Positions 27,871 to 37,499 of a stretch of 64,000 bases of DNA are shown here, piece after piece. The position numbers were made by a program, and so were the translations under genes. The notes below the pieces were generated by a model, which had not been told where the DNA came from, ran no database searches, and worked only from the letters and a program-made list of their open reading frames with translations. The stretch covers positions 694-64,693 of the forward strand of contig JAAFJQ010000003.1 in the NCBI GenBank assembly GCA_013298185.1, in the 5' to 3' direction. Origin of the DNA: Deinococcales bacterium (GTDB taxonomy: Bacteria; Deinococcota; Deinococci; Deinococcales; JAAFIG01). Each line of letters begins with the position of its first letter. Position 1 is the first letter of the stretch.

Positions 27871-28995
27871 CTAAGAGATATGGGCGTTGTTTTTGTCGCT
27901 AAAGGAATTGGCGGCGGTTGAGCCTTTGGTAATCATCAGCACGTACTCGTCGCGGCTGGTGGCTGCCGATAAGCCTTCTTCGTAAGAAATCATGCCCGAG
28001 AAGTACAGTTCAACCAAGTGCTGGTCAAAAATTTTCATACCACGGTTGTTGTCTTCGGACATGGCATCGCGGATTTCAGGGGTTTTGTTTTCGTCTTTGA
28101 TGTAGCTTTGAATCAGTGGGGTGTTGATCATCACCTCGAGCGCCAAAACCCGCCCTGAACCATCGGCTCGAGCCAATAGACGCTGCGATAAAATACCAAT
28201 TAAGGACTCGGCAAACAAAATCCGAATTTGGTCGCGTTCGTGCGGCGCAAAAAAGTCAATGATACGGTTGACGCTGCGAATGGCATCTTGGGTGTGCAAA
28301 GTGCTTAAGACCAAGTGACCTGTTTGCGCGGCGGTGATGGCGGTTTCGACGGTTTCTTTGTCGCGCATCTCACCGATCATGATCACATCAGGGTCTTGAC
28401 GCATGGCGTACTTCAGAGCGCTCTTGAAGTCCGAAGTATCCGAGCCAACTTCGCGTTGCACCACAAGGCTGCGTTGGTTGCGGTGCAGGTATTCGATCGG
28501 GTCCTCGATGGTGATGATGTTATGGGCGTAGCTGCGGTTGATTTTGTCAATGATGGCTGCCATGGTGGTGCTTTTACCTGAACCTGTTGGACCAGTGGTG
28601 AGGATAATGCCGCGTTCTTTGCTGCAAAAATCTTCCATGATCATGGCGGGCAAACCCAGACTTTCAAAGCTGGCAATCGCGTCTGGAATAACACGCATGA
28701 CCAAACCAATGCTGCCGCGTTGCCTGAAAATATTGCAACGAAAACGAGCCACTTTTGGTACGAGGTAAGCAAAATCGAGTTCATGACGGTACTCGAATTC
28801 TTCCCATTGTTCGGTGGTCAAAAGCGTGCGCCCAATCATCTGGGTTTGCTCTGGTTTTAACGCCTCGCTGTGAAAAGGGGTCAGTGTGCCATGAACCCGA
28901 CCCATTGGGGGCGAACCGACCTGCAAATGCACATCAGACACGCCTCGAGCGACCATCGTCCGTAATAAGTCAACAATTGTGAGGCTTTGCGCCAT
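27871..28995 (-). CDS. pilT: type IV pilus retraction ATPase PilT
   Basis: 374 aa. Motifs SDVHLQVGSPP, Walker A GPTGSGKSTT and GEMRD. Confidence 0.92.
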   Translation of the reverse strand: MAQSLTIVDLLRTMVARGVSDVHLQVGSPPMGRVHGTLTPFHSEALKPEQTQMIGRTLLTTEQWEEFEYRHELDFAYLVPKVARFRCNIFRQRGSIGLVMRVIPDAIASFESLGLPAMIMEDFCSKERGIILTTGPTGSGKSTTMAAIIDKINRSYAHNIITIEDPIEYLHRNQRSLVVQREVGSDTSDFKSALKYAMRQDPDVIMIGEMRDKETVETAITAAQTGHLVLSTLHTQDAIRSVNRIIDFFAPHERDQIRILFAESLIGILSQRLLARADGSGRVLALEVMINTPLIQSYIKDENKTPEIRDAMSEDNNRGMKIFDQHLVELYFSGMISYEEGLSAATSRDEYVLMITKGSTAANSFSDKNNAHIS

Positions 28996-29038
28996 GATTA
29001 TTTCTCCTCGAGTACCTACAGTCTACACCCAAATTGGC

Positions 29039-29848
29039 TCAACCTTCTGGTTTTAATAAAACATTGCCTCCGGCACGCAAATTAAAGCGAGTCAAAGCAT
29101 TGTTAGAAAAAAGCGCATACGCACCTAGATTTGGCGCACTGATCGCCTCAAAAATGAACTCGCGTCCAGATTCGTCACGCATTCGCACTTTTTTAACCGG
29201 ACGACCATGTTGCCGATCCCAAGCCCGCAGAATCACATCATCTACGCAAACCTGCATTCCTGTCATTTCCCGAGACAAACCCAGCACCAAACGCGCCACC
29301 CGAGCTTTGCGCTTATTGACCTCGAGCAAACCCATGCTTGCAAGGCGCACCAAGGTTTTCTGCACCGCCTCGAGCGGCTGCGAAGTGGCTTGCGACAACG
29401 AAACCACGCTGCGTTCACCATCAATTAGTTGCACAATTGCAAATTCATCAGCTGACATCGTCAGCGCACTAACCCGAGCCACATCAAGGATTTTTGGCGT
29501 ATCCAATTCCTCAGGCACAGGGATTTGTTTTTCAATCGTACTCGAGCCATCATCCAAACCACGAATCACCTCGAGCATGAGGTTATCAAACGCCTGATCA
29601 ATGGTTTTTTTAGCAGGCGCTTTAGAAGGCTGAAACTCAAAATTACCACGTTCGTCTTTCAGCATCGCATGAAGCGCATCGCTATCGGTGGTTGTTCCAA
29701 AAGCAACATGGGTAATTCGTCCAGCTTCAAAGAAAACCCGTCCCTCACGTTCTGAAGGATGATAAACCACCAAACAGCCTTTGGACTGATTCTGCGATAA
29801 AAGCTGCAACAAATCCAGTAAATTAAAAACGCCAAGTGAACCACGCAC
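29039..29848 (-). CDS. DUF4388 (PatA-N-like) domain protein
   Basis: The N-terminal GSLGVFNLLDLLQLLSQNQSKGCLVV is the DUF4388 signature. The gene ends 43 nt upstream of pilT. Confidence 0.65.
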   Translation of the reverse strand: MRGSLGVFNLLDLLQLLSQNQSKGCLVVYHPSEREGRVFFEAGRITHVAFGTTTDSDALHAMLKDERGNFEFQPSKAPAKKTIDQAFDNLMLEVIRGLDDGSSTIEKQIPVPEELDTPKILDVARVSALTMSADEFAIVQLIDGERSVVSLSQATSQPLEAVQKTLVRLASMGLLEVNKRKARVARLVLGLSREMTGMQVCVDDVILRAWDRQHGRPVKKVRMRDESGREFIFEAISAPNLGAYALFSNNALTRFNLRAGGNVLLKPEG

Positions 29849-29892
29849 GAGGACATTCTACAACCTCTGTTCAAAAAAAGAGTGATGGTTTG

Positions 29893-30047
29893 GGAAGAGC
29901 AGAGGAAAGAGAAAAGGCAAAAGAGGAAAGAAATAACCTAGTGACGCCAAAACATCTGAATAGCTCGAGAACCAATATTCTCGAGTTGCCTTTGACCTTT
30001 GACCTGTGTTTTTTAACCTTTGTCCTTTAACCTTTCACCTTTCCTCT
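29893..30047. repeat. long imperfect inverted repeat of purine-only and pyrimidine-only heptamer arrays
   Basis: The left arm GAAGAGCAGAGGAAAGAGAAAAGGCAAAAGAGGAAAGAAATAACC faces the right arm TTGCCTTTGACCTTTGACCT...TTAACCTTTCACCTTTCCTCT. The centre holds two CTCGAG sites. Confidence 0.75.
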
Positions 30048-30059
30048 ATACACTACCTT

Positions 30060-30815
30060 GTGAATCAAAAAAATATTCTCATTGCCAACGACGACGGCAT
30101 TTACAGTCACGGACTGCGAGCCTTAGCCAATGCCCTTAGCGAGCTTGGAAAAGTCAGTGTTGTTGCCCCAGAATTCGAGCAGAGCGGCGTTGGACATGGA
30201 ATCACAGTGCGTCGCCCGCTGCGTTTTAAGCCAACCAAACTCGAGGGCTTGGATGCTCGAGTGCAGGCTTTTCGGGTGGATGGCACACCCACTGATTGTG
30301 TGGTCATGGGCGTTCACCGATTTGGCAAACCCGATTTGGTGGTCAGTGGCATCAATTACGGACCAAATCTGGGTTATGACCTGACCCACTCTGGAACATT
30401 TGCTTGTGCGATTGAAGGTACGCACATGGGTATTCCGAGCATTGCTTTTAGTCAGTCATTTGCTGACCAAATGGATTACAGTCACAGCGCCGCTTTTGCC
30501 CGTAGCCTCGCAGCCCAGATTCTCGAGCGTGGATTGCCGTCAAAAACTGTGCTGAACGTCAATGTTCCGACTGGAATCCCCAAAGGTGTGCGTGTCACCG
30601 TTCAAGGCACGCATCATTACGAAGAAAACATTTCAGAACGCTTTGACCCCGAAGGCAAAACTTATTACTGGGTTGGTGGAATCCCCACAGGCGACAGCGA
30701 AGCTGATTCCGATTACACTGCGCTCGAGCAAGGTTTTATTTCCGTGACGCCATTAAAACTGGATTTTACGCACCGCGAGTACCTCGAGACACTGCGCGGG
30801 TTTTTAGGGACGTGA
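30060..30815 (+). CDS. surE: 5'/3'-nucleotidase SurE
   Basis: GTG start at 30060. ILIANDDGIYSHGLRAL and GTPTDCV. Confidence 0.9.
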   Translation: MNQKNILIANDDGIYSHGLRALANALSELGKVSVVAPEFEQSGVGHGITVRRPLRFKPTKLEGLDARVQAFRVDGTPTDCVVMGVHRFGKPDLVVSGINYGPNLGYDLTHSGTFACAIEGTHMGIPSIAFSQSFADQMDYSHSAAFARSLAAQILERGLPSKTVLNVNVPTGIPKGVRVTVQGTHHYEENISERFDPEGKTYYWVGGIPTGDSEADSDYTALEQGFISVTPLKLDFTHREYLETLRGFLGT

Positions 30816-30855
30816 AGCGTCAAGGCTTTGACCTTTAACCTTTTCTCTTTGACTT

Positions 30856-31566
30856 TTATTTCAGCGCTGCTAAATCCGTTTTCGCTCGAGCCAAATCCAA
30901 TTGCTCAGCAGCGTCCTTGGGTTTTAGAATAACGGCTTCCTCGAGCAGGTTTACGGCTTTCTCAAGGTATTTTTTCTTATCAACCAGCACCAGTGCATAG
31001 GCATACTCGACTTTGGGTATGATCATTTTCGGCTCGAGTTTGATCGCACGTTCAAAGTACCCAATTGCCGCTTCAAAATTCGCGCCGTACAACCAACCCA
31101 CGCCTTTGGCAACAATTTCACTGTGCCACAGACCATATGCCACCAGACTCTGCACATGCTTAGGTTCAAATTGCAAAGCACTGTCCAAAGCCTCACGGAT
31201 TTGACTACCAAGCCCTTGGGATAAGGCTGCCAGCACACCACGCAACTGACTTAAACGCCCCAAAGCTCGAGCCAGTTCAAAATACGCATCCGAGTTTTTA
31301 TTGTCCAAAGCAATGGCTTTACGAGCGTACTGTTCGGCTTTTACATAAATCGGTTCTTGTTTACTTTCAGGCATGGTCAACGCATAGGTGTTGGTGGCTT
31401 TAGCTGCCAGTGTCTGCCCATCGGAGGTTGGCAGATCATCTGCCATTTCGGCTGCGCCCTTAAAATCGCCTTTGCTGTACAAGGCTTTGGCAGCCTCGAG
31501 CGAACGGTTCTGAGCAAGGCTCAAACCAAGAAAAAGCATCAAACAACAAGCCAAAAAGTTCTTCAT
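30856..31566 (-). CDS. secreted TPR/Sel1-like repeat protein
   Basis: 236 aa. Signal peptide MKNFLACCLMLFLGLSLAQ followed by repeated A/Y/G helical-pair patterns. Confidence 0.6.
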   Translation of the reverse strand: MKNFLACCLMLFLGLSLAQNRSLEAAKALYSKGDFKGAAEMADDLPTSDGQTLAAKATNTYALTMPESKQEPIYVKAEQYARKAIALDNKNSDAYFELARALGRLSQLRGVLAALSQGLGSQIREALDSALQFEPKHVQSLVAYGLWHSEIVAKGVGWLYGANFEAAIGYFERAIKLEPKMIIPKVEYAYALVLVDKKKYLEKAVNLLEEAVILKPKDAAEQLDLARAKTDLAALK

Positions 31567-31659
31567 GCAAAGATTTTACTGCTCAAAGCCAAAAAATTCT
31601 ATTGGGTGATTTTATCCCGTCCTCTTGTTCCCATGACAATCTCGAGCTATGCTTATTAC

Positions 31660-33186
31660 ATGAAAAGTTCACAAGTCATGACGGCACTGGCAATTATTTT
31701 TGGACTTGGTGCAATTGGAGTGGCATTGCGCTCGGCTGGAGCGGGTGAAACACGCCCGATGCGCCCCACAAGTTTGCATGGCGCTCATATGAGTCTGGCT
31801 AATCCAGCCACCAGTGGCAAAGTCCCAGCGCTGCTGGATTACATTCCTAATTATTACCAGCATGTCAAACCAATCCTCGAGGCAAATTGTGTTTCGTGTC
31901 ATGTCAAGGACGGCATTGCACCTTTTGCCTTAACCAGTTTTGAAGATGCCAAAGCCAATCATCGGCAAATTTATTTGGACACCCGCGCTCAAAGAATGCC
32001 GCCTTTTCCACCCAACGGTGAAAGCCCTAAGTTTAAGCACGAATTGCGTATCAGCCAAGAAGAAATTGCGATTCTTGCCAATTGGTCATGGAGTGGCGCT
32101 CCGGCTGGCGATAGTAAAAAAGCGGTTTCAGCGGTTTCAAAAGTCTCGAGGGTCAATATCCGTCAGGACTTGAAGCTCTCAATGCCCAAAGTTTTTATGC
32201 CAAACGACAAGTTATCCGATGAGTACCGCTGCTTTATTGTTGACCCAAAACTCGAGGGTGAACGGTTTATTACGGGGTACGACATCCTACCCGGCAATGC
32301 AGCCGTGGTACATCATGTGCTGATGTTTGAACTCGAGAACAGCCTGATTCCCGAGGCTCAAAAACTTGAACGTGAAGAAGGCGACAACCGCGATGGTTAC
32401 ACCTGCTTTGGTGGACCAAGGGTAGCCAATGGCTTGCAACCTATTGGTGCTTGGGCGCCTGGTAGCCCAGCTGTAAAATTTCCTGAAGGCACTGGTATTC
32501 GCCTGAAAACTGGTTCGCAACTGTTGCTGCAAGTGCATTACAACCTTGCCAACGGCTCAAAACCAGATCAGAGCGCAGTGAAACTCGAGGTTGCACCAAT
32601 TGGTACTCGCTTAAAAGCGATTCTCAATTTTGCCCCAACTGCCCCGGTTGAACTGCCCTGCCCGGGGGCTTACCCAAGCGATCCGAAAAATCCTTGTAAC
32701 CGCGAAGCTGCTTATGATCGTGTTCTTGCCTTGAATAACTCGAGTGGCAACCGCAACCGCAAAGGAGGCAGTGTCTTACGCAGTTGTGTTCGTAACTTGG
32801 AGCAGTACATCAATGGTTCGGACGCAACCAACATTGAAACCGTTTGCGAATACCCAGTTCCAGCCAATTTAACGCTGCATGGTTTAGCTGGTCACATGCA
32901 CTACCTTGGTAAAAGCATTAAGCTCGAGATCAACCCAAACCGAGCCAATCGCACGGTGCTGCTTGATATCCCCAACTGGGATTTCCACTGGCAAGGTTTT
33001 TACTGGTTTGAAAAACCAGTAGCGGTTCAACCCGGCGATGTTTTCCGAATCACTTGTGTTTTTGATAACAGCCAAGCCAACCAACCGTACCTTGGCGGCG
33101 AGCAACGCAAACCCAAATACTTGGTTTGGGGCGAAGGCACAGAAGAAGAAATGTGCTTGGGCTATATCCAAACCACCCTAAATTAA
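31660..33186 (+). CDS. membrane-anchored CxxCH-motif protein fused to a PHM/DBH-like type II copper monooxygenase
   Basis: N-terminal anchor VMTALAIIFGLGAIGVAL and haem motif CVSCH. Motifs VVHHVLMF, LLLQVHYN, GHMHYLGK and EEMCLGY align with the PHM copper ligands (HH, H, HxH, M). The start could also be the ATG at 31633. Confidence 0.75.
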   Translation: MKSSQVMTALAIIFGLGAIGVALRSAGAGETRPMRPTSLHGAHMSLANPATSGKVPALLDYIPNYYQHVKPILEANCVSCHVKDGIAPFALTSFEDAKANHRQIYLDTRAQRMPPFPPNGESPKFKHELRISQEEIAILANWSWSGAPAGDSKKAVSAVSKVSRVNIRQDLKLSMPKVFMPNDKLSDEYRCFIVDPKLEGERFITGYDILPGNAAVVHHVLMFELENSLIPEAQKLEREEGDNRDGYTCFGGPRVANGLQPIGAWAPGSPAVKFPEGTGIRLKTGSQLLLQVHYNLANGSKPDQSAVKLEVAPIGTRLKAILNFAPTAPVELPCPGAYPSDPKNPCNREAAYDRVLALNNSSGNRNRKGGSVLRSCVRNLEQYINGSDATNIETVCEYPVPANLTLHGLAGHMHYLGKSIKLEINPNRANRTVLLDIPNWDFHWQGFYWFEKPVAVQPGDVFRITCVFDNSQANQPYLGGEQRKPKYLVWGEGTEEEMCLGYIQTTLN

Positions 33187-33196
33187 AGTTTCTCGA

Positions 33197-33245
33197 GGCA
33201 CACGCCCTGTTTTCCAGCAGGGCGTGTGCCTTGGTTTTATTTGTG
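33197..33245 (+). terminator. intrinsic terminator
   Basis: 13-bp stem GGCACACGCCCTG/CAGGGCGTGTGCC followed by TTGGTTTTATTTG. Confidence 0.75.
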
Positions 33246-33276
33246 TTGCGCTTTATGATTGTACTAAACTGATTCC

Positions 33277-34752
33277 ATGCCCGAAGAAACCAAATCCGCT
33301 ACGCCACTCGAGGATAAAATCGTTACCACCCAGCATAGCCTGATGCTGCGCGGTAAAAAACTCGAATACACAGCTCGAGCTGGCACAATTGTGCTGCGTG
33401 ATGAAAAAGAAAAAGATGGTGTCTCGGAAGGAAACCAAGACCAAGCACAACTCTTCTTCGTGGCGTACACCTTAAATGGGGTTAAAGACCTCGGTAGCCG
33501 CCCAATTACCTTTTGTTTCAATGGTGGTCCTGGCAGCTCGAGTGTTTGGTTGCACATGGGCGTGTTCGGTCCGCGCAGGGTCGTCATGGGCGATGCTGGC
33601 GCACTACTACCCGCACCGTTTGGACTCGAGGATAATCCACAAACCATGCTCGAGCATTCGGATATGGTCTTCATAGACCCTGTTGGCACGGGTTTCTCGA
33701 GGGTGGCGCAGGGCGGTAAAGCCAAGGATTTTTATGGGTTTACGCGCGACATCGAATCAGTTGGGGATTTTATTCGGTTGTTTGTCAGCCGTGATGGGCG
33801 CTGGCTATCGCCGAAGTTCTTGGCTGGCGAGAGCTACGGTACAACTCGAGCCAGTGGTTTAGCGGGGTATTTGCAAGAGCGTCATGGGATGTACTTAAAC
33901 GGTATCACGCTGGTTTCGACGGTGCTGGATTTTTCAACCATTCGTTTTTCACTTGGCAATGATTTACCACACACGTTGTACTTACCAGCTTTCGCGGCGA
34001 CTGCTTATTATCATGGTGTAACCAGAGGCGCATCGTTAGAAACCCATTTGCGTCAAGCCGAGGAATTTGCCCAAGGCGCGTACATGAGCGCCTTGTTTAA
34101 GGGACATCGGCTCGAGGGTAATGACCAAACCCGAGTGGTGCGCGAAGTGGCACGTTTAACTGGAGTCTCGAGGGATTTTGTGGAGCGTTCTAACCTTCGC
34201 CTCGAGATCATGCGTTTTTGCAAAGAATTGCTGCGCCACAAGGGTCTGACCGTTGGGCGCTTAGACTCGAGATTCACCGCCACAGACCGAGATTCAGCCG
34301 GAGAGACTTTTGAATTTGACCCAAGTTACGCCGCGATTTATGGGGCATACACCGCCGCTTTTAATCAGTATGTGCGCTCTGAGTTGGGTTTTGAAACTGA
34401 TACAACTTATGAAATCCTGAACTTCAAGGTTTTCCAGCCGTGGAGTTACAAAGAATTCGAGAACCGCTACGTCAATGTCTCTGAAACCCTGCGAAAAGCC
34501 ATGACCATGAATCCAAGTCTGCGGGTACTGGTCTTAAATGGTTATTATGACCTTGCCACACCATACTGGGCTTCGGATTATGTGTTTGACCACTTGGGTA
34601 TTCCGCAGCACTTGCGCGAAAACCTAGAAACCAAGTACTACCAAGCGGGTCATATGATGTACGTGCATCAAGAAAGTTTAGAGCAGATGGCAACCGACAT
34701 CAAAGGTTTTATTGGACGCAGCGTACCAAGCAACAAGAAACGCAAAACCTAG
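33277..34752 (+). CDS. serine carboxypeptidase, peptidase family S10
   Basis: 491 aa. NGGPGSSSVWLHMGVFGP and the catalytic-Ser motif GESYG. Confidence 0.85.
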   Translation: MPEETKSATPLEDKIVTTQHSLMLRGKKLEYTARAGTIVLRDEKEKDGVSEGNQDQAQLFFVAYTLNGVKDLGSRPITFCFNGGPGSSSVWLHMGVFGPRRVVMGDAGALLPAPFGLEDNPQTMLEHSDMVFIDPVGTGFSRVAQGGKAKDFYGFTRDIESVGDFIRLFVSRDGRWLSPKFLAGESYGTTRASGLAGYLQERHGMYLNGITLVSTVLDFSTIRFSLGNDLPHTLYLPAFAATAYYHGVTRGASLETHLRQAEEFAQGAYMSALFKGHRLEGNDQTRVVREVARLTGVSRDFVERSNLRLEIMRFCKELLRHKGLTVGRLDSRFTATDRDSAGETFEFDPSYAAIYGAYTAAFNQYVRSELGFETDTTYEILNFKVFQPWSYKEFENRYVNVSETLRKAMTMNPSLRVLVLNGYYDLATPYWASDYVFDHLGIPQHLRENLETKYYQAGHMMYVHQESLEQMATDIKGFIGRSVPSNKKRKT

Positions 34753-35012
34753 CGAATGGTTGAAATCGCTGTGCCTGCCCAAAGTTTTAAGAGGGTTTCA
34801 ACTTGAACTTCGCTAATTCGCAGGTTCTCCGAGCCACTGCTGACATACCAAGCCTCGAGTGGTTCGTTGCGCCTGCCATTGGTGCGAATAAAAACAATTT
34901 CTAAGCCAGTTTGAAGCGCCACTCGAGCATAAGCTCGCGCTCCTTTTTGCGGCATGATACAAGCGGTTTGCAGTGCTTCTAAGGTGGGTGGGTTCATCGT
35001 TGCACGATACAC
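34749..35012 (-). CDS. small hypothetical protein downstream of the VWA gene
   Basis: The GTG at 35012 directly follows the VWA stop codon (alternative ATG at 34997). No motif recognised. Confidence 0.35.
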   Translation of the reverse strand: MYRATMNPPTLEALQTACIMPQKGARAYARVALQTGLEIVFIRTNGRRNEPLEAWYVSSGSENLRISEVQVETLLKLWAGTAISTIR

Positions 35013-36239
35013 TTATTTCTTGCTTCTTTGATAGCGCTCCGATAAAGCCTGTTTGCGAGCCGAAGCGGTTTCGTTGCGGCGCAGACGGTCAGCTAAGCCC
35101 TCGAGTTGACTTTTTTCTTCAAAGTACATCGGACTGGCTGGTATGGCGGATAACAGCAACAAGTCGCTTTCCACTTGCTGTAGGGCTTCTTCGGTTTGTC
35201 CAGCATCAATGTTTTGCGCTGTTTTGAGTTTATTTCGTGCCACCTCGAGAATGGTGCTGTATTCGCGCACCATGCTTTGTTCTGGTAACTGCTCGAGTTC
35301 TGATTGTCCTAGGCTGAGCAGGTGCTTAATCACCATGCGCTGATTGTCGGTTTGGGTGTAACCAAGGCGAAGCTCGAGGATTTCATTGGTTTTGCGTTGC
35401 TTAGGAATTTCGAGGCGCACCACCACCTCGAGGGTTTTGCCGTAACGCAATTGATCGAGTTTGTACCGCCCTGTGTTGGTTTTATCAAAATCGTTCAGAA
35501 CATCCAAAACCTGCACATTGTTTTTGCTTTCTAACCCAAGGCTGACCAAACGCCCAAAGGTGGAAAGTAAACCGTTTAGTTCAGTGGCAAAAATTTGCTC
35601 GAGTGCCGAAGGGTGTTCAATAAAATGATAATTGCCATCGCCTGCCATTGCCATCGCCTCGAGCAAATCCTCGTTAAAGCCAATCCCCACACCAAGGGTG
35701 CTGGTGCTGATGCCTTTGCTGGCTAAGCCCGAAACTTGTTGGCAAATGGTTTTTTGATCGGTGATGCCCGTGTTGGTTTCACCGTCGGAAAGCAGCAAAA
35801 CGCGGTTCAGGCGCTCAGGTTCAAGTCCCCGTGCAGTTTGTGTGCCACCCTCGAGCCAACCTGCTTGTAAATCGGTATTGCCTCGGCTTTCAATGCTTTG
35901 AATGCGCTGATTGATTTTGTCTGGCTGATGCGCGTTTTGATTCGGGATAATCGTTTCGACTTCATGATCAAAAATCGTGACACTGATTCGGTCTGTCGGT
36001 AAAAGCTGCGACACTGCGTACTTCGCAGCCGCTTTAGCATACTCGAGCCGGTCGCCTGCCATTGAACCACTTCGGTCAAGCACCAAGCCTAAGTTCAGCC
36101 GTGGACGGGTTGTTGCTTGATTGGCGGGTCGCTTGGGAGCATGAATGCGAATCAGCAACTCGAGTTGGTGGTTGGATTCATGGTTTTGGCTTGGCATTTT
36201 GCTGGGAATGATTTCGATGCTTGGACGTGGGTTGGACAT
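35013..36239 (-). CDS. von Willebrand factor A domain protein
   Basis: The ATG at 36239 follows a GGAGA RBS. MIDAS motif LVLDRSGSM, LLSDGETN, then a roughly 190-aa uncharacterised C-terminal region. Confidence 0.8.
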   Translation of the reverse strand: MSNPRPSIEIIPSKMPSQNHESNHQLELLIRIHAPKRPANQATTRPRLNLGLVLDRSGSMAGDRLEYAKAAAKYAVSQLLPTDRISVTIFDHEVETIIPNQNAHQPDKINQRIQSIESRGNTDLQAGWLEGGTQTARGLEPERLNRVLLLSDGETNTGITDQKTICQQVSGLASKGISTSTLGVGIGFNEDLLEAMAMAGDGNYHFIEHPSALEQIFATELNGLLSTFGRLVSLGLESKNNVQVLDVLNDFDKTNTGRYKLDQLRYGKTLEVVVRLEIPKQRKTNEILELRLGYTQTDNQRMVIKHLLSLGQSELEQLPEQSMVREYSTILEVARNKLKTAQNIDAGQTEEALQQVESDLLLLSAIPASPMYFEEKSQLEGLADRLRRNETASARKQALSERYQRSKK

Positions 36240-36262
36240 GATGGTCTCCTTTTTTGGGTGTG

Positions 36263-36312
36263 AGAAGGCGAGAAAGGACGTAGGTAAAAGGTAAAAGAGG
36301 AAAGAGATAACC
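36263..36312. repeat. purine-only heptamer array
   Basis: GAGAAGGCGAGAAAGGACGTAGGTAAAAGGTAAAAGAGGAAAGAGATAACC shares the AAAAGAGGAAAGA-ATAACC end with 29919-29937. Confidence 0.7.
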
Positions 36313-36605
36313 TGATGAATAATCTGGTTCACTGGGGAAGCAAAATTGTAGGGTGGGCAAAGCCCACCTGAAGCTCAAGAAACGGTATACGCTGCACAAG
36401 CTCGGGCTAAAATCAGGTCAAACGAAAGGCTCGAGAAACGCCAAAAACGGGCTGCTCAGGGTGGGCGAGGCAGCGACCCTGCCCGTCAGGTGCGCGTTTA
36501 GGGTCAAGACAGCCTCGCCCCTACGGCTGGATTGCTAAAGTTCTGTGCTGGACTGTTTTTCGAGTTTAAGTTGTAATCCACATGAAGCTCGAGAAAACAG
36601 GTAAG

Positions 36606-36628
36606 TCATAGCTCATAGCTCATAGCCC
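36606..36628. repeat. heptanucleotide array 5 nt after the stop of the MerR-like gene
   Basis: The gene strand reads GGGCTATGAGCTATGAGCTATGA. Confidence 0.8.
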
Positions 36629-36633
36629 AACAC

Positions 36634-37374
36634 CTAACTCTTCAAAATCGTTTCTATTGCCCCTAATAACCGTTGCCGCTCGAGTTCCGTGCGGGGTTTT
36701 TGGGCATCTTGGCGCAGCCAGAGTTCAATGCCAGTCTCGAGTTGGTATTGTTGCCAGTGTTGGCTGGGCTGTGGGGCTTGGATTTCTCGTCTGCGCGGCG
36801 CGGATAAGCTGGATAAGTAATCGAGGGCTTCGCGTTGGGCTGGGTTGGGCGTGGCTTCTTCTCGAGCTAAATCTTGGGTTTGGCTGGGTGCAGCGGCGAC
36901 TCGAGACAGTTGTGGGGCTGGGCTGGCGGATAAGAGACTCGAGGCAACTCTGTTTTGGCTTTGATAGGCTTCAACACTGCGGTTTTGGCTGATGCGCTCG
37001 GGTTTTTCTAAGCTGGGTAAGTCGCCGTTGAGTAAGCGCTCGAGGTGATTGGTGTCTTGTTGCAAGATGCTGTACATCAATTTGTTGGTGTAGCCTTCAG
37101 CACTGGCTCGGCGGATCAGCAGGACTTGAATCAGGTGGCGGTAGCTGTACCGAGCTTCTTTGCCAGCTTTGAGTGGCTCGTCAAGTAGGTTTTCCGAGGC
37201 GTAATGGCGGATGTTGCGGCTGCTGATTGGTTCTTTGGCTCGAGTGCCTTGGTAGTTTTCGGGCAGGTAGTCTCGTAACCAGCGGTTGCAGATCACCACA
37301 AATTCCTCGAGGTTGAAAATGTGGTCTTGTAGCATCTCCAAGGTTGGTTGTGCGGCTAATCTTCGGAGTGCCAT
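36634..37374 (-). CDS. MerR-like HTH protein with a low-complexity Q/S/P-rich linker
   Basis: NIRHYASENLLDEP...ARYSYRHLIQVLLI resembles the MerR recognition helix and wing. The assignment is weak. Confidence 0.45.
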   Translation of the reverse strand: MALRRLAAQPTLEMLQDHIFNLEEFVVICNRWLRDYLPENYQGTRAKEPISSRNIRHYASENLLDEPLKAGKEARYSYRHLIQVLLIRRASAEGYTNKLMYSILQQDTNHLERLLNGDLPSLEKPERISQNRSVEAYQSQNRVASSLLSASPAPQLSRVAAAPSQTQDLAREEATPNPAQREALDYLSSLSAPRRREIQAPQPSQHWQQYQLETGIELWLRQDAQKPRTELERQRLLGAIETILKS

Positions 37375-37499
37375 GCGATTACATTAACAGATTTTTTTGA
37401 AAATGTCAAGTAAAGTTGAATTTGTTTTCGGCTGGCTTGTCCTCGAGCTTCAATTTAACTTCATCTTACTCTTACTTCTCTTAAAATTAAGTCTTTAAG

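Noticed and set aside
29034-29597. 187-aa ORF on the plus strand.
   Set aside because: It is antisense to the DUF4388 gene. Its composition is Ser/Arg/Thr-rich, and the opposite frame carries a recognisable domain signature.
33264-33725. 153-aa ORF on the minus strand.
   Set aside because: It is antisense to the 5' part of the S10 carboxypeptidase gene, which carries the GGPGSSS and GESYG motifs.
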